From a virus: a stretch of 64,000 bases of DNA. Position 1 is the stretch's first letter. Each line of letters begins with the position of its first letter. The notes under the pieces are model-generated. The model did no database searches. It saw only the letters and a list, made by a program, of their open reading frames with translations, and was not told the DNA's origin. Positions 29,762 through 39,405 of this stretch are shown piece after piece. A program made the position numbers and the translations under genes. Location of the stretch: positions 77,248 through 141,247 of the IMG/VR virus record IMGVR_UViG_3300028388_004772. One strand, given 5' to 3'.

Positions 29762-30297
29762 TAGTCTTTCCTCAACCAATTAAATCTTTTTTCTGGAGGA
29801 ACAGATGTTCCTGGTGATACAGGCTTTCTTTCAAACTTCTTTGGTTCATACTTCTTACGAGTTTCTGGATCCATCTGCGACTTATAGAAGTCATCATGTT
29901 TACCAACACCATGCTTTTTCAACGCTCTGTTCATTCGAATCTGAGCTGTTGTAGGCATAGCAGCTTCTTTTTTCTGGCCGGGAGTCATTTTCCTAGCATG
30001 AGCAGCTGCTTCCGGTGTACCTTCCTCGTATTTATACTCTTCACTAATCGCCAAATGTTTAGGAAGTTTACCTTGTTTGACCAAATCATTGAGCTTATCA
30101 ATTAATTGATTTCCATCACGTGGAGACAATCCCATCATCTTAATAGCTTGTTGTACACCACGCGCACCCTGGCCAGGATTTTTCTTCCGCCAGTTTAAAT
30201 AAGCTCTAACAAGTTTTTTCATCTTAGGTGCCATAACTGCTTTATGCAGCCACTGGGGCCCCATAGATTCTTGTCTCAGATTTCTAAACTTCTTCAT
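29761..30297 (-). CDS. Probable internal head protein
   Basis: MKKFRNLRQE; EEGT...RKMTPGQ motif. Confidence 0.6.
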   Translation of the reverse strand: MKKFRNLRQESMGPQWLHKAVMAPKMKKLVRAYLNWRKKNPGQGARGVQQAIKMMGLSPRDGNQLIDKLNDLVKQGKLPKHLAISEEYKYEEGTPEAAAHARKMTPGQKKEAAMPTTAQIRMNRALKKHGVGKHDDFYKSQMDPETRKKYEPKKFERKPVSPGTSVPPEKRFNWLRKD

Positions 30298-32251
30298 CAC
30301 CCTTTCCGTATGCATAAAGAGATTTCAAGTAATCGTTAGCCTTGGTCAACTTATTCTGGTACCATTCTTCCATATCACCCTGATTACCGACTCTCTGTTC
30401 GATACCATCAAGGAAATGTCTCATTGCCTTAATTTGCTTCATTGCCATCTTTGTTTCTTCTGCACCACCGGTATCAGTAGAATCAACAGCCTCACCCATT
30501 GGACGACCCTGTGCCTTTTGACGATAAGCTTTCTTTACTTCCATGTCAGTATATCTTTCAACATTCTTGATCATGGATGGTTGTTTAACAATTTTACGGA
30601 GATTAGCTAAAATCTCCGCAGATGATTTACCTTGAATGAAAGTTGGAGGCAACCCTTCAATATCTACTTTGAATTGAGCTGCCTCTTCAATCTTTCCCTC
30701 AGGAAGCTTTCTCCCTTTGGCTCTGTTCTTAAATGCAGTACTTACAGCATCAGCAGCTGCTGAAGGATTCATTCCTTTCTTACGTGCTTTGTTGTAAGCT
30801 GTACCAGGTGGAATAACAGCTGGTCCATAATTTTTCTTAACAGCAGCTGGATCCTGTTTAGCATGACGTGCATCGCGATCAGCTCTGCGCTTCTTCATAT
30901 AATCTTGAACTGCAGGAGACTTAGACATAGAAAACTTCAGATGATCTCTGAACTTCTGATCAAATGACTTCGCTTCGTCGATATCTTCCTTTGCCATCTT
31001 CTTAGTAGCTGTCTCAACACCTTTCAAACGCTTCATAGATTTAGAGAAATCTTTGCCAGCTTGATCTGCTCTATTATCTTTAGCAGCTGAAGCAGCGCCA
31101 TAAGCTTTTGATGCAGCATCTCTTGAAGCCTTATTGACATAAGAACCCAATGTACTCTTCTTCAATTCAGATACAGTTTCTTCAGTCTTTGACTTTGAAT
31201 TTGCCCATGATGGGTTATGATCGGGATCTTTCAAAGCTTGACGTGCTTTCTCGTTGTCAGCTTGACGCTTTTTCATGATATCACTATATCTTGAACCCAT
31301 TTGAGCACGACGATGAGCTGCGGATTGTGGAGCTGAATTGTTTTCGCCCATCATATCTTTGTCTTTTGACATGGCCTTCATAGCGTCACGTTCAGCTTTC
31401 TTTTTCTCTTTATTATACTTGTCACCAGCTTTCTTGATCATCTTGTAACGCTCGGGAGATCCAGCTTCTTCAATTGACTCGCGGCGCATTTTAGCACCCG
31501 GCATAAAGTCGCCAACATTATGACCATGCTTGTTTAATACAGATAATACCTTTTCACGCGGGGATGTATCGAGGTCACGTAAATGCTTGCTTAACTGTCC
31601 AAGATGTTGACCTTTATTCATAATATTAGCTCTACCGATATTCTCGATATGTTTAGCTGCAGTGTGGAAATCTTTCTTGTCAATACCACCGCTTTTGTTT
31701 GCATAATCTTTAAGCTCTTTTGCAGCTGATGCATACATGTCTTTAGCTTCGTCAAATTCAACAGACTCTCTGTAAGGTCTACGCTCATGCTTAACCTTCA
31801 TACCCATATCATGAAGATCGTCTACTTCTGAATCAGAAATGTGTTCACCAGGATTCAAACGACCTTTGACATTCTTACCCACCTGACCAACAGTATACTT
31901 TGTCTTGTCGGTCTTATGTGGATGCAAAGTTACATGATCAGGATGAACTGCTTCATTAACATCTTCTTTTTTCATTCCTCTGTCACGAGCCATCTTAGCA
32001 AGTTGTTTTGCTCTTGACAATGGAGAAGTAGCAGAACCGTCACTATTCTTCTTCATATTTTTCTTTGGTGGATCTGGGTCAAATGGAGGATTATCATGGG
32101 CCTCATTCTTAGGACCTTTCTTTGCATCCAAGTAAGCAGCAATCGCCATCTCGCGACGCTCCTTATCTGACTTACCGCTGAACTGAGGGGCATCAGACTT
32201 CTTGAAATCAGAAATCCACGCTCCCATTCCGTCTGATACTTTAAGTGGCAT
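30284..32251 (-). CDS. Large Lys-rich modular internal head protein (probable protease-processed polyprotein)
   Basis: Basic modules separated by E-x-(V/I)-x-E-A linkers. Confidence 0.6.
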   Translation of the reverse strand: MPLKVSDGMGAWISDFKKSDAPQFSGKSDKERREMAIAAYLDAKKGPKNEAHDNPPFDPDPPKKNMKKNSDGSATSPLSRAKQLAKMARDRGMKKEDVNEAVHPDHVTLHPHKTDKTKYTVGQVGKNVKGRLNPGEHISDSEVDDLHDMGMKVKHERRPYRESVEFDEAKDMYASAAKELKDYANKSGGIDKKDFHTAAKHIENIGRANIMNKGQHLGQLSKHLRDLDTSPREKVLSVLNKHGHNVGDFMPGAKMRRESIEEAGSPERYKMIKKAGDKYNKEKKKAERDAMKAMSKDKDMMGENNSAPQSAAHRRAQMGSRYSDIMKKRQADNEKARQALKDPDHNPSWANSKSKTEETVSELKKSTLGSYVNKASRDAASKAYGAASAAKDNRADQAGKDFSKSMKRLKGVETATKKMAKEDIDEAKSFDQKFRDHLKFSMSKSPAVQDYMKKRRADRDARHAKQDPAAVKKNYGPAVIPPGTAYNKARKKGMNPSAAADAVSTAFKNRAKGRKLPEGKIEEAAQFKVDIEGLPPTFIQGKSSAEILANLRKIVKQPSMIKNVERYTDMEVKKAYRQKAQGRPMGEAVDSTDTGGAEETKMAMKQIKAMRHFLDGIEQRVGNQGDMEEWYQNKLTKANDYLKSLYAYGKGDEEV

Positions 32252-32253
32252 GT

Positions 32254-32460
32254 TTAACCTCCATGCATATTAATATAAAAGTTGGCTTGCTTCTTATCCG
32301 AAGTCGTAGCGTTTGGTCTATTTTTTAATGCTTTAACTTTTTGTAAAGTGATTGGTCCATCGATCTTAGCCTTGAGAGTACCAGGTGCACCTCTCTTACT
32401 ATGACTCTTTTTGATAAGGTCTGCTGTCTTTCCTTCCATAAAGTTCTTGAAGGACTTCAT
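32254..32460 (-). CDS. Small protein with a capsid-targeting-like N-terminus
   Basis: MKSFKNFMEG. Confidence 0.65.
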   Translation of the reverse strand: MKSFKNFMEGKTADLIKKSHSKRGAPGTLKAKIDGPITLQKVKALKNRPNATTSDKKQANFYINMHGG

Positions 32461-32693
32461 GCAAGATCCTTATCGTGATTGAGACCACCCTTTTTCTTTT
32501 TCACAATGAAAGCATTGACTCTTGCATGTCCCCATTGAGATGGAGTTGTTCCTGGTCTATGACCAGTCTTCCATGCTGCAACACCTCTGTTGTAAACTTT
32601 CTTTAACGTACCTACAGAAATACCTGACTTCTTTGCCTTATCAGCTAGAGACTTACCAGCCTCTTCCTCTATGTACTGTTGAAATTTGATCAT
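32457..32693 (-). CDS. Small conserved protein with a capsid-targeting-like N-terminus
   Basis: MIKFQQYIEEE; L.KVY.RG.AAW.TGHRPG...QW..ARVN.F. Confidence 0.7.
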   Translation of the reverse strand: MIKFQQYIEEEAGKSLADKAKKSGISVGTLKKVYNRGVAAWKTGHRPGTTPSQWGHARVNAFIVKKKKGGLNHDKDLA

Positions 32694-34252
32694 TAAGAAG
32701 TCCTTCTGTTAATTCTTCTTGTTCTAGCAGAACGAGCTCTATCCATCATCGAGTCATGACGCTTCTTATCAGCAGCATCTCTTCTTCTTTCAATTTCTCT
32801 TTCACGAGAAATGCGATCTTTAACTCTTTCGATATTTTGCTCATTAGTAGGTTCTTTTAGCATATCTTTAAGCGTATCGATATGACTCTGATGATAATTG
32901 TGATCTTTCAACCCGGCTGCTTGAATGGCCGCTTTAGCCGGTTGCTGTCTCTTCTTCATCAAGTCAATATCAGCCTGAGTTGCATATCCTCGCTTCTTAG
33001 CATTATCTTCCACTTCAAGATAATGATCCACAGCTGATATTGCTTTATGGATTTCATTAGTATTGCCGTGCATTTTGATATCTTTTTTAAATGCTGTAAT
33101 TGCACTAGGACAATGGTGGAGGTATTTGTATTGTTTTCCTCCTACAGCCGTATCCTCACCAAACATTTGCTTGAAGGCTTTGGTGTACTTACTTGGCTTT
33201 GTCTTAGCAGTTGCATCACCAGGAGCTGGCTTGTAAGCAGCTGGATCATCGTCAGCCATTTTTGTTTGTTTCTTAAACTGAGCGTCTCTTTTTACTTTAG
33301 TCGACTTAGCCAAACCTTTATGGTATCTTGCTGGCTGAGTTCCTGGACGATCTTTGATATCTGGATCCTGAGCTTCGCTTAATGATTCCATTTTCACCGA
33401 GAAAGGAGCAACTTCGTATTCTACATTATTGTCTTCTACTTTCTCAACAGCATCCAACCACTTACGATATTTGTTACCCGATCCTTCAACGATAACGTAA
33501 TTAGAACCAAGTGTTTTGACTTTTGCTAGTTCACCAGTATCCTTGATGACAACGGTATCACCTTCTTTGAAAAGTTCACCGTTGACATATGATTCTCTGA
33601 TCTCTGATACCTGCTCGAGCTGAACGTGCTGTGTTGTTTCTTTTGCTTCTTTCAATCCCATTCCTTTACGGACAGCATTGTATAGAGCTTTTGTATCAGC
33701 ATTAGAAACATTCTTTGGAATACCTTGACTGAACTTGGTAAAGTCCCCAAGCTTAGCTGCATCTCTCATCTTTGATGCAGACATTCCTTCTACGCCCTCT
33801 GCGTCAGGATCCCTGGCTCCAGCTGAAACAACTGTGATCTTATTGAAGTTATAGAATCCATGGCGTCCCTTGACCCCATTATATTTTTTCAATAGAATAT
33901 CAAATTCAGGAACACGATCCCCACCAGCAACCATAACAAGGTTAACATATCCATCGTTGTACAGCTGAGTGGCAGCATCAATAGCAGTTTTAATTTTTGT
34001 ATTCATCATGATGCTTCTTGCATACTTAGGAAACATCTTTCTAGCGATCTTGACTTTGTCTTTATATGAAAGAGGATTCTTCTTTTGGTCTTCTGACTGA
34101 GAGAGATATACGCGATAAGGGTTCTTACCCGCTTTTGATGCAAGTACCTGTAAAAGCTTCTCATGACCAATCGTCGGAGGATTCATTCTTCCGAACGTGA
34201 AATAAACTGTTTTTTCTTCTTCAACTAAGAAGCCTTTAAATGAACTAATCAC
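32693..34252 (-). CDS. HIGH-superfamily (cytidylyltransferase-like) nucleotidyltransferase with extra C-terminal modules
   Basis: FGRMNPPTIGHEKL, KNPL, VAGGDR, SAG.RDPDA, MSASKMR. Confidence 0.85.
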   Translation of the reverse strand: MISSFKGFLVEEEKTVYFTFGRMNPPTIGHEKLLQVLASKAGKNPYRVYLSQSEDQKKNPLSYKDKVKIARKMFPKYARSIMMNTKIKTAIDAATQLYNDGYVNLVMVAGGDRVPEFDILLKKYNGVKGRHGFYNFNKITVVSAGARDPDAEGVEGMSASKMRDAAKLGDFTKFSQGIPKNVSNADTKALYNAVRKGMGLKEAKETTQHVQLEQVSEIRESYVNGELFKEGDTVVIKDTGELAKVKTLGSNYVIVEGSGNKYRKWLDAVEKVEDNNVEYEVAPFSVKMESLSEAQDPDIKDRPGTQPARYHKGLAKSTKVKRDAQFKKQTKMADDDPAAYKPAPGDATAKTKPSKYTKAFKQMFGEDTAVGGKQYKYLHHCPSAITAFKKDIKMHGNTNEIHKAISAVDHYLEVEDNAKKRGYATQADIDLMKKRQQPAKAAIQAAGLKDHNYHQSHIDTLKDMLKEPTNEQNIERVKDRISREREIERRRDAADKKRHDSMMDRARSARTRRINRRTS

Positions 34253-34776
34253 TTAGCGCCGCCTCTTTTCTTTGCTAGTTCGGCCTGCCGAACTTTAGGA
34301 AACATTCTCTTTGCCAATGTGTCAATTCTTTTCTTGATAGCTGGTTTATCTAAACGCTTTTCAATTTCTTGACGGCGTGCATATGTCAGCTCTGACTTTG
34401 GAATGTCTTTGGTAAATTTCTTTAAGAACATTTGACGAACTTGCTTACGAGTTCGCTTCATTAATTTTTCTTTGGAGGCAATTCTTCGCTTCGCTCTTTC
34501 ACGACCAAGCTTGATTCTCGGTTGAAGTCTCTTGAATGTTCTCTTGCGCTGGAGTCTTTGTTGAACGGTTAGAGCTTCTTCTACTGATTCTGTAACTGGA
34601 CCGCCTTCGCCTACACCATGAGTTCTTTTGCGACGATAGGCGCGATAGTTGGTAAGATCGTCTTCACCAGGACGGTAGTTTGTGACGTGTAAATCGTCAA
34701 AGGATAATGGACGGCTGAAGTTATCCTTCCCATCCATTTCAAGTACATCTCTGAATCGCAGAAGCTGTTCTGCCAT
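34249..34776 (-). CDS. Very basic hypothetical protein (probable head protein)
   Basis: ESVEEAL linker followed by Arg/Lys-rich helices. Confidence 0.65.
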   Translation of the reverse strand: MAEQLLRFRDVLEMDGKDNFSRPLSFDDLHVTNYRPGEDDLTNYRAYRRKRTHGVGEGGPVTESVEEALTVQQRLQRKRTFKRLQPRIKLGRERAKRRIASKEKLMKRTRKQVRQMFLKKFTKDIPKSELTYARRQEIEKRLDKPAIKKRIDTLAKRMFPKVRQAELAKKRGGAK

Positions 34777-34807
34777 TTTTATTCTCCTGGTTTTCCCATC
34801 TAATATA

Positions 34808-36037
34808 TTATTGACGGCGTGGTGTTTGCCAGCCTTTCAAAATTTCTGGGCTAAAGTTGGCGTATGAAAATTCCATACGATCAACAATCTTAACCGCATC
34901 ACCACCAAGTGTGTCAATGGCTACGAAGCCTTCTGACCCTGTGGTTTGGTAACCGTTTTTAGTATGCTTAAGAAAAGTCTTAATCTTATTAAATCGGTCT
35001 AATATATTTATAAGTTTTAGTTTCGCTAATACAATAACTTTTTGTAATTCAAATATTTTTTGTAACGATGCTTTATTCGCTGCAGAGAAAAACTCAAGTA
35101 AATCATTCAACGCTTTTTGTTGAGTAGCCTTACCCTTTTCAGTAGTTCTCTTACTAATTTCCTTCCTGTACTTATTCTTGATCCAGACGATGAGTTTTCT
35201 GGTGTGCGCTGCAGTATCAGTAATAACTGTGCCTGCTCGTACGTGGGTGTTGTTAAATTGCTCAATATGTTGAGCAAGCTTTTGATTCTGTTCGAGCTGT
35301 CTAAGCGTCGAACCTGAGATTTGGTTAAACAATTTCCCAGCTTGTGTAAGATATTCATTGACTTCCTCCGTGTCCTTTTTAGACATAGTATATTGAGTCA
35401 TATCTCTTAGTAGGGCATCTTGTGACCAGACGTTCTTAGATTTTCTAAATCCTGTGACGTCTGCACCATAACTAGCTTTCATTGTTTCAAAACTGTTTCC
35501 TGTATACGAGGTGTGCCACACAATTCCTATTTTCGCCGCATTGATCTCCTTCGCCATAGGGGTATTGGCTGGGACTGCGTAGACGATTGTGTTCGGATGA
35601 AACGTGATGTAATCTTTTCCTTTAATTTTTTCACTCTTAATATCATCGCTTGAAAATAAGAAATCACCTTGAACTACTCCTTTGATTCCTAGATCCGGTA
35701 AATGCTTTAGAGCAAGCTTAAGCTTTGTGTTAAGATCACCGCTTGTATCATCATCAATATCACCATCAGACTTGTACACTTTGGGATTTTTATTGAAAAT
35801 ACCTTTCTTGGCGACAAAGAATCGTCCATCACGAGGATCAGTACCAGCAAAGATAGAAGGAGCACCATCCCACTTAACAGAAACTTTTCCATCGTGTTCA
35901 CCAGCAAAGGTATCTCTGAGAGCACGTAATGCAAGAATTGCTTGCCGAGTTCCATCAACTCCGCCATATAAAACCTTATCCTCAATGTGAGTCATGTGTG
36001 TGTTTTTTTGTTCTGTTATATATTCTGCAAAGTTCAT
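34808..36037 (-). CDS. DUF6267-like protein with a ligase-type KxDG motif
   Basis: KNTHM.H.ED, SVKWDGAP, QGDFLF, F.PNTI.Y, EGFV, K.VDR.EFS. Confidence 0.75.
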   Translation of the reverse strand: MNFAEYITEQKNTHMTHIEDKVLYGGVDGTRQAILALRALRDTFAGEHDGKVSVKWDGAPSIFAGTDPRDGRFFVAKKGIFNKNPKVYKSDGDIDDDTSGDLNTKLKLALKHLPDLGIKGVVQGDFLFSSDDIKSEKIKGKDYITFHPNTIVYAVPANTPMAKEINAAKIGIVWHTSYTGNSFETMKASYGADVTGFRKSKNVWSQDALLRDMTQYTMSKKDTEEVNEYLTQAGKLFNQISGSTLRQLEQNQKLAQHIEQFNNTHVRAGTVITDTAAHTRKLIVWIKNKYRKEISKRTTEKGKATQQKALNDLLEFFSAANKASLQKIFELQKVIVLAKLKLINILDRFNKIKTFLKHTKNGYQTTGSEGFVAIDTLGGDAVKIVDRMEFSYANFSPEILKGWQTPRRQ

Positions 36038-37371
36038 TATCGTACCTCAATCCAACCAAGAGACGCCCAACCAGCTTTATTAGAACTAGTTGCGGCAATG
36101 GCAATTAAAAATACATCTGATGTATCTCCAAGAGTAGTAGTTGTACTTCTCTGAATCTGAGTAATTGATCTTTGCGGAAACGTATACTTCTCACCCTGAT
36201 TACCAGAACTAACATATGTTGTCTGAAGAATATTACCACCCGTAAAGCTAGTTGCAGTTATATTATACTCCACCGGACTCTCAGCTCCAGCACTTACCCA
36301 AGTACCACCAGTAACTGTAGCACCTTCAATTGATCGAATAAAGATATCTGTATTATCTAATGTGCAACCAGCATATTCATCTGGAATAATAACACTAAAC
36401 AGAGAGTCCGATTTTAATCGAATTGCAACAATTGGATAAAAAGTATTTGCATTAGTTAGAGTTTTACCGGTAATTGCGCTTGAAATACTTTCTTGTCTAC
36501 CTAGCAGTGTGGTAGTACCCTCTGCAGACAAAGCGTGAGCACCTTGATAAAAAGTATGTGTACCAGGAGCACCAGTAACGTTGGTTAATTCCACACGAAT
36601 TGGTAATGCTGCCCTTGAAGCCCACGTATGAGGGTGTCTGTTAGCGTGAAGAATGCGATGAACTGGAAACTTATTATTGTCAATGACAAAGTTCCACTCA
36701 ATCATACCAGATCCAAACCATTCATATTCCATACTCATATGCTGTATCATTTCAGGATCAGCTGTAATTCCACTCGGACCAGTACCGTCTAACTTATCAA
36801 CATTCCACTCATCACGAGCATATGATTCTTCCTCAATGCCACCTGCAGTATTTCTTCTTAAAACACAACGATATGTTCCATCACCACTATCTTCAAAATA
36901 GAATCCATTCGATTCATTAAACATGCCAACTCGGCGACGAATGCCAGTAGTAGGTGTTCCAAAGATAATTGTTGTTGAAAATTCACCTTGACGGCCAGGA
37001 AGATATCTTTGAACTCGTTTGGTTTGACGAATCACTTCATCCCCAACATCTGAACCGACTTCTAGTTTAACCATACCAAGATATGCATCATGTGTAGCAC
37101 TTGCTGTACCGGAAGTTAATTCATCAAAAATTCCTGTATCTTTAGATCGAGTAAATGTTGCAAAATCTGTCAGCTCAAATGTAGATACCTTACGTCTGTT
37201 TAATGATGTATGCTGTACGGTATCATCATCAACAAGAACTACTTGCTTACCAAATGGATTGACAGCAGTAACAAATTCACCATCTGTATGAGCTAAGAGA
37301 TTAACTTCATAAAGATCATCATTTTTCTGAGGTCTTTGTTTACTATTTCTTTTCTTACTGTACTGAGCCAT
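36037..37371 (-). CDS. Probable virion structural protein (beta-rich)
   Basis: Thr/Gly-rich; RQT...Y.PG, WN.DKLDGTGPSG, EW.G.G motifs. Confidence 0.6.
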   Translation of the reverse strand: MAQYSKKRNSKQRPQKNDDLYEVNLLAHTDGEFVTAVNPFGKQVVLVDDDTVQHTSLNRRKVSTFELTDFATFTRSKDTGIFDELTSGTASATHDAYLGMVKLEVGSDVGDEVIRQTKRVQRYLPGRQGEFSTTIIFGTPTTGIRRRVGMFNESNGFYFEDSGDGTYRCVLRRNTAGGIEEESYARDEWNVDKLDGTGPSGITADPEMIQHMSMEYEWFGSGMIEWNFVIDNNKFPVHRILHANRHPHTWASRAALPIRVELTNVTGAPGTHTFYQGAHALSAEGTTTLLGRQESISSAITGKTLTNANTFYPIVAIRLKSDSLFSVIIPDEYAGCTLDNTDIFIRSIEGATVTGGTWVSAGAESPVEYNITATSFTGGNILQTTYVSSGNQGEKYTFPQRSITQIQRSTTTTLGDTSDVFLIAIAATSSNKAGWASLGWIEVR

Positions 37372-37374
37372 ATC

Positions 37375-38730
37375 TTAACTTATCTTAATGTATACAGAAC
37401 TAACGTCTGTCTGGGAACCAGCATATGATACAATCTTTTGGATCGCACATTCAACCTTGTCATTAGGCTGACCTTTGAGAGCATTGATCATCTCCATTCC
37501 CTGAATCTTAGATATCAGATATGATTTTGGAGAGGTCTTATAATCTTTATGTGTCTCAATCTCATTCATTAGTTCATCGACATTCATTTTGATAGTTGAG
37601 TCAAACTTCTTAGCTTGGTCAAGAGCATACTGATAGATCTTTCTCTTATCTCTATCATACATCTGAGTGATCTCGGTAGCAGTCATTACTTTGAATTGGC
37701 CACCGACACACTCCTGGATATACTTTTCGATCATTGCTGGTGTAATCTTACCACCCGCAGCAAGTCTACCTTTCAACTCACCCTGAGCAGGAGACATTCG
37801 CTTGAACGATCTGATATCCAGTGAATCTCTACCATTGAATGTAATCGTACAGGTTTTGCTCTGAGTGAATCCACGCTTACCAATATCCAGTTTAGTGAGT
37901 TTGATAGGCTTTTGGATTGCTCTAAAGTTCTTAATCTCACCTTTGACTTTACTGTCAGTCTTCTTTAATGATACACCAATTACAGTCTTAGCAACATATT
38001 GTTTCTGTAGCCATGTGTTCAGTTCGTAGATACTTTCAAACTGACTGAAGTCTGTGTCGAGGAATCTAGGATTGACCATCCAAATGTCAGCTGGATTCCA
38101 CTTATCTAGTTGCATTTCCTTACCAGCTTTTTTCAATAGGGAATCAGCTGCATCCGAAATATTCTTAACAAAAGCACTGTTACTTCTTTGACAGATAGTA
38201 AACGGCTTACTAGCAATCTGAGGAACTCTTGTAACTCTTTTAGCAACAAACTTTGAGCTGATGATCCAACTCTGAGGCGCTTTTTTGATCAGATCTTCAG
38301 CCGAGAATTTTGATTGTACGGATAGGTTGGCAAAATCATCCATAGCAAATTCAGTATTAGGATGTTTCAATTTGCAGGCAATGAAGTATGCAGCGAGAGA
38401 TTCATTTTCATCTGTAGTAAGGTCTTTAGCTCCAGCAGCTGGTTTGACAGAAACATATTGACCAGCATATGCTCCATCAAACTTGACAGTACCTTCTGAC
38501 GACTTTCCTGCCTTCTGACCATCATCAGATACATCTAGTATAGCACCAATTGCTTTTAGATTATCAGCAATGTTTGCAAGTTCAGTTTTTCTTTCTGATC
38601 TTGGAACATAGACAAATAGACGGTTTCTTGTATCGGGTTCAATTTTGCCATATCCGAGTTTAACAAGCCTCTTGACTAGTTCATCTTGAAGCATAGTTTC
38701 CTCCAATATATAATTCTTAAACTTAATCAT
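37375..38730 (-). CDS. Putative PD-(D/E)xK-like nuclease with a capsid-targeting-like N-terminus
   Basis: MIKFKNYILEE; E...DKWNPADIW...GVSLKK. Confidence 0.55.
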   Translation of the reverse strand: MIKFKNYILEETMLQDELVKRLVKLGYGKIEPDTRNRLFVYVPRSERKTELANIADNLKAIGAILDVSDDGQKAGKSSEGTVKFDGAYAGQYVSVKPAAGAKDLTTDENESLAAYFIACKLKHPNTEFAMDDFANLSVQSKFSAEDLIKKAPQSWIISSKFVAKRVTRVPQIASKPFTICQRSNSAFVKNISDAADSLLKKAGKEMQLDKWNPADIWMVNPRFLDTDFSQFESIYELNTWLQKQYVAKTVIGVSLKKTDSKVKGEIKNFRAIQKPIKLTKLDIGKRGFTQSKTCTITFNGRDSLDIRSFKRMSPAQGELKGRLAAGGKITPAMIEKYIQECVGGQFKVMTATEITQMYDRDKRKIYQYALDQAKKFDSTIKMNVDELMNEIETHKDYKTSPKSYLISKIQGMEMINALKGQPNDKVECAIQKIVSYAGSQTDVSSVYIKIS

Positions 38731-38731
38731 G

Positions 38732-39343
38732 TTACCTTACAAATCCCCCGACGCGGCCGTGTAGTTCAGGATAATCAATATATTGATATCCCTCTGGTGG
38801 TTGTTTACTATCACCTTCCCACACGGGTATAAATTCCTGTTGGTTTTCTAAAAAACTGAAGTCTTCATTTCTTCTCAAATGAACTTCAATTAATTTGCCA
38901 TCAATAAACTCACAGTTGATCCAAGGGATCGATAACGATACTTGTTCTAACTCATCAGGAAAAGGAAAGACTATATCATCTCTTATCCATGAATCCCAAT
39001 GGGTCAATGTATCTTTATTTTTTATACCTTTAACTGTCAGCTCTTGCTGGCCCCAAAAGTAATCAACAGAATAATGATCACCCTCAAACCACTCACACCA
39101 AAAATGTCCAAGTGGTAGATGATCGGTTGACTGTTCAAGAAATACTTTTTGCGCACCCAATCCCAGTCCTAGCATATTCACACAAGGTCTGACAATATAC
39201 TCGCCTGGATACGGAACATCCAAACCAGTGGGACCACACATGTATCCCATAGTCCTGGATAGAATCAGCTTATCCATGACCCACAGATGTTCAGCGTCAG
39301 TTGTTAGCCAAGCTTTAGTCTCAGGGTCCATTATCAGTTCCAT
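38732..39343 (-). CDS. ATP-grasp-like conserved phage protein
   Basis: YIVRP..N..G.G, FWCE.FEG.H.SVDY, IN.EFI.GK.IEVH.R.N. Confidence 0.55.
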   Translation of the reverse strand: MELIMDPETKAWLTTDAEHLWVMDKLILSRTMGYMCGPTGLDVPYPGEYIVRPCVNMLGLGLGAQKVFLEQSTDHLPLGHFWCEWFEGDHYSVDYFWGQQELTVKGIKNKDTLTHWDSWIRDDIVFPFPDELEQVSLSIPWINCEFIDGKLIEVHLRRNEDFSFLENQQEFIPVWEGDSKQPPEGYQYIDYPELHGRVGGFVR

Positions 39344-39357
39344 CGATTACCTTAATG

Positions 39358-39365
39358 TATTTATA
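39358..39365 (-). promoter_or_regulatory. T4-type late promoter TATAAATA
   Basis: Exact consensus heading the head-protein block. Confidence 0.75.
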
Positions 39366-39405
39366 ACAAAAAAGTAATCGATATACTGAAGAAAGGGGGA
39401 GGGGC

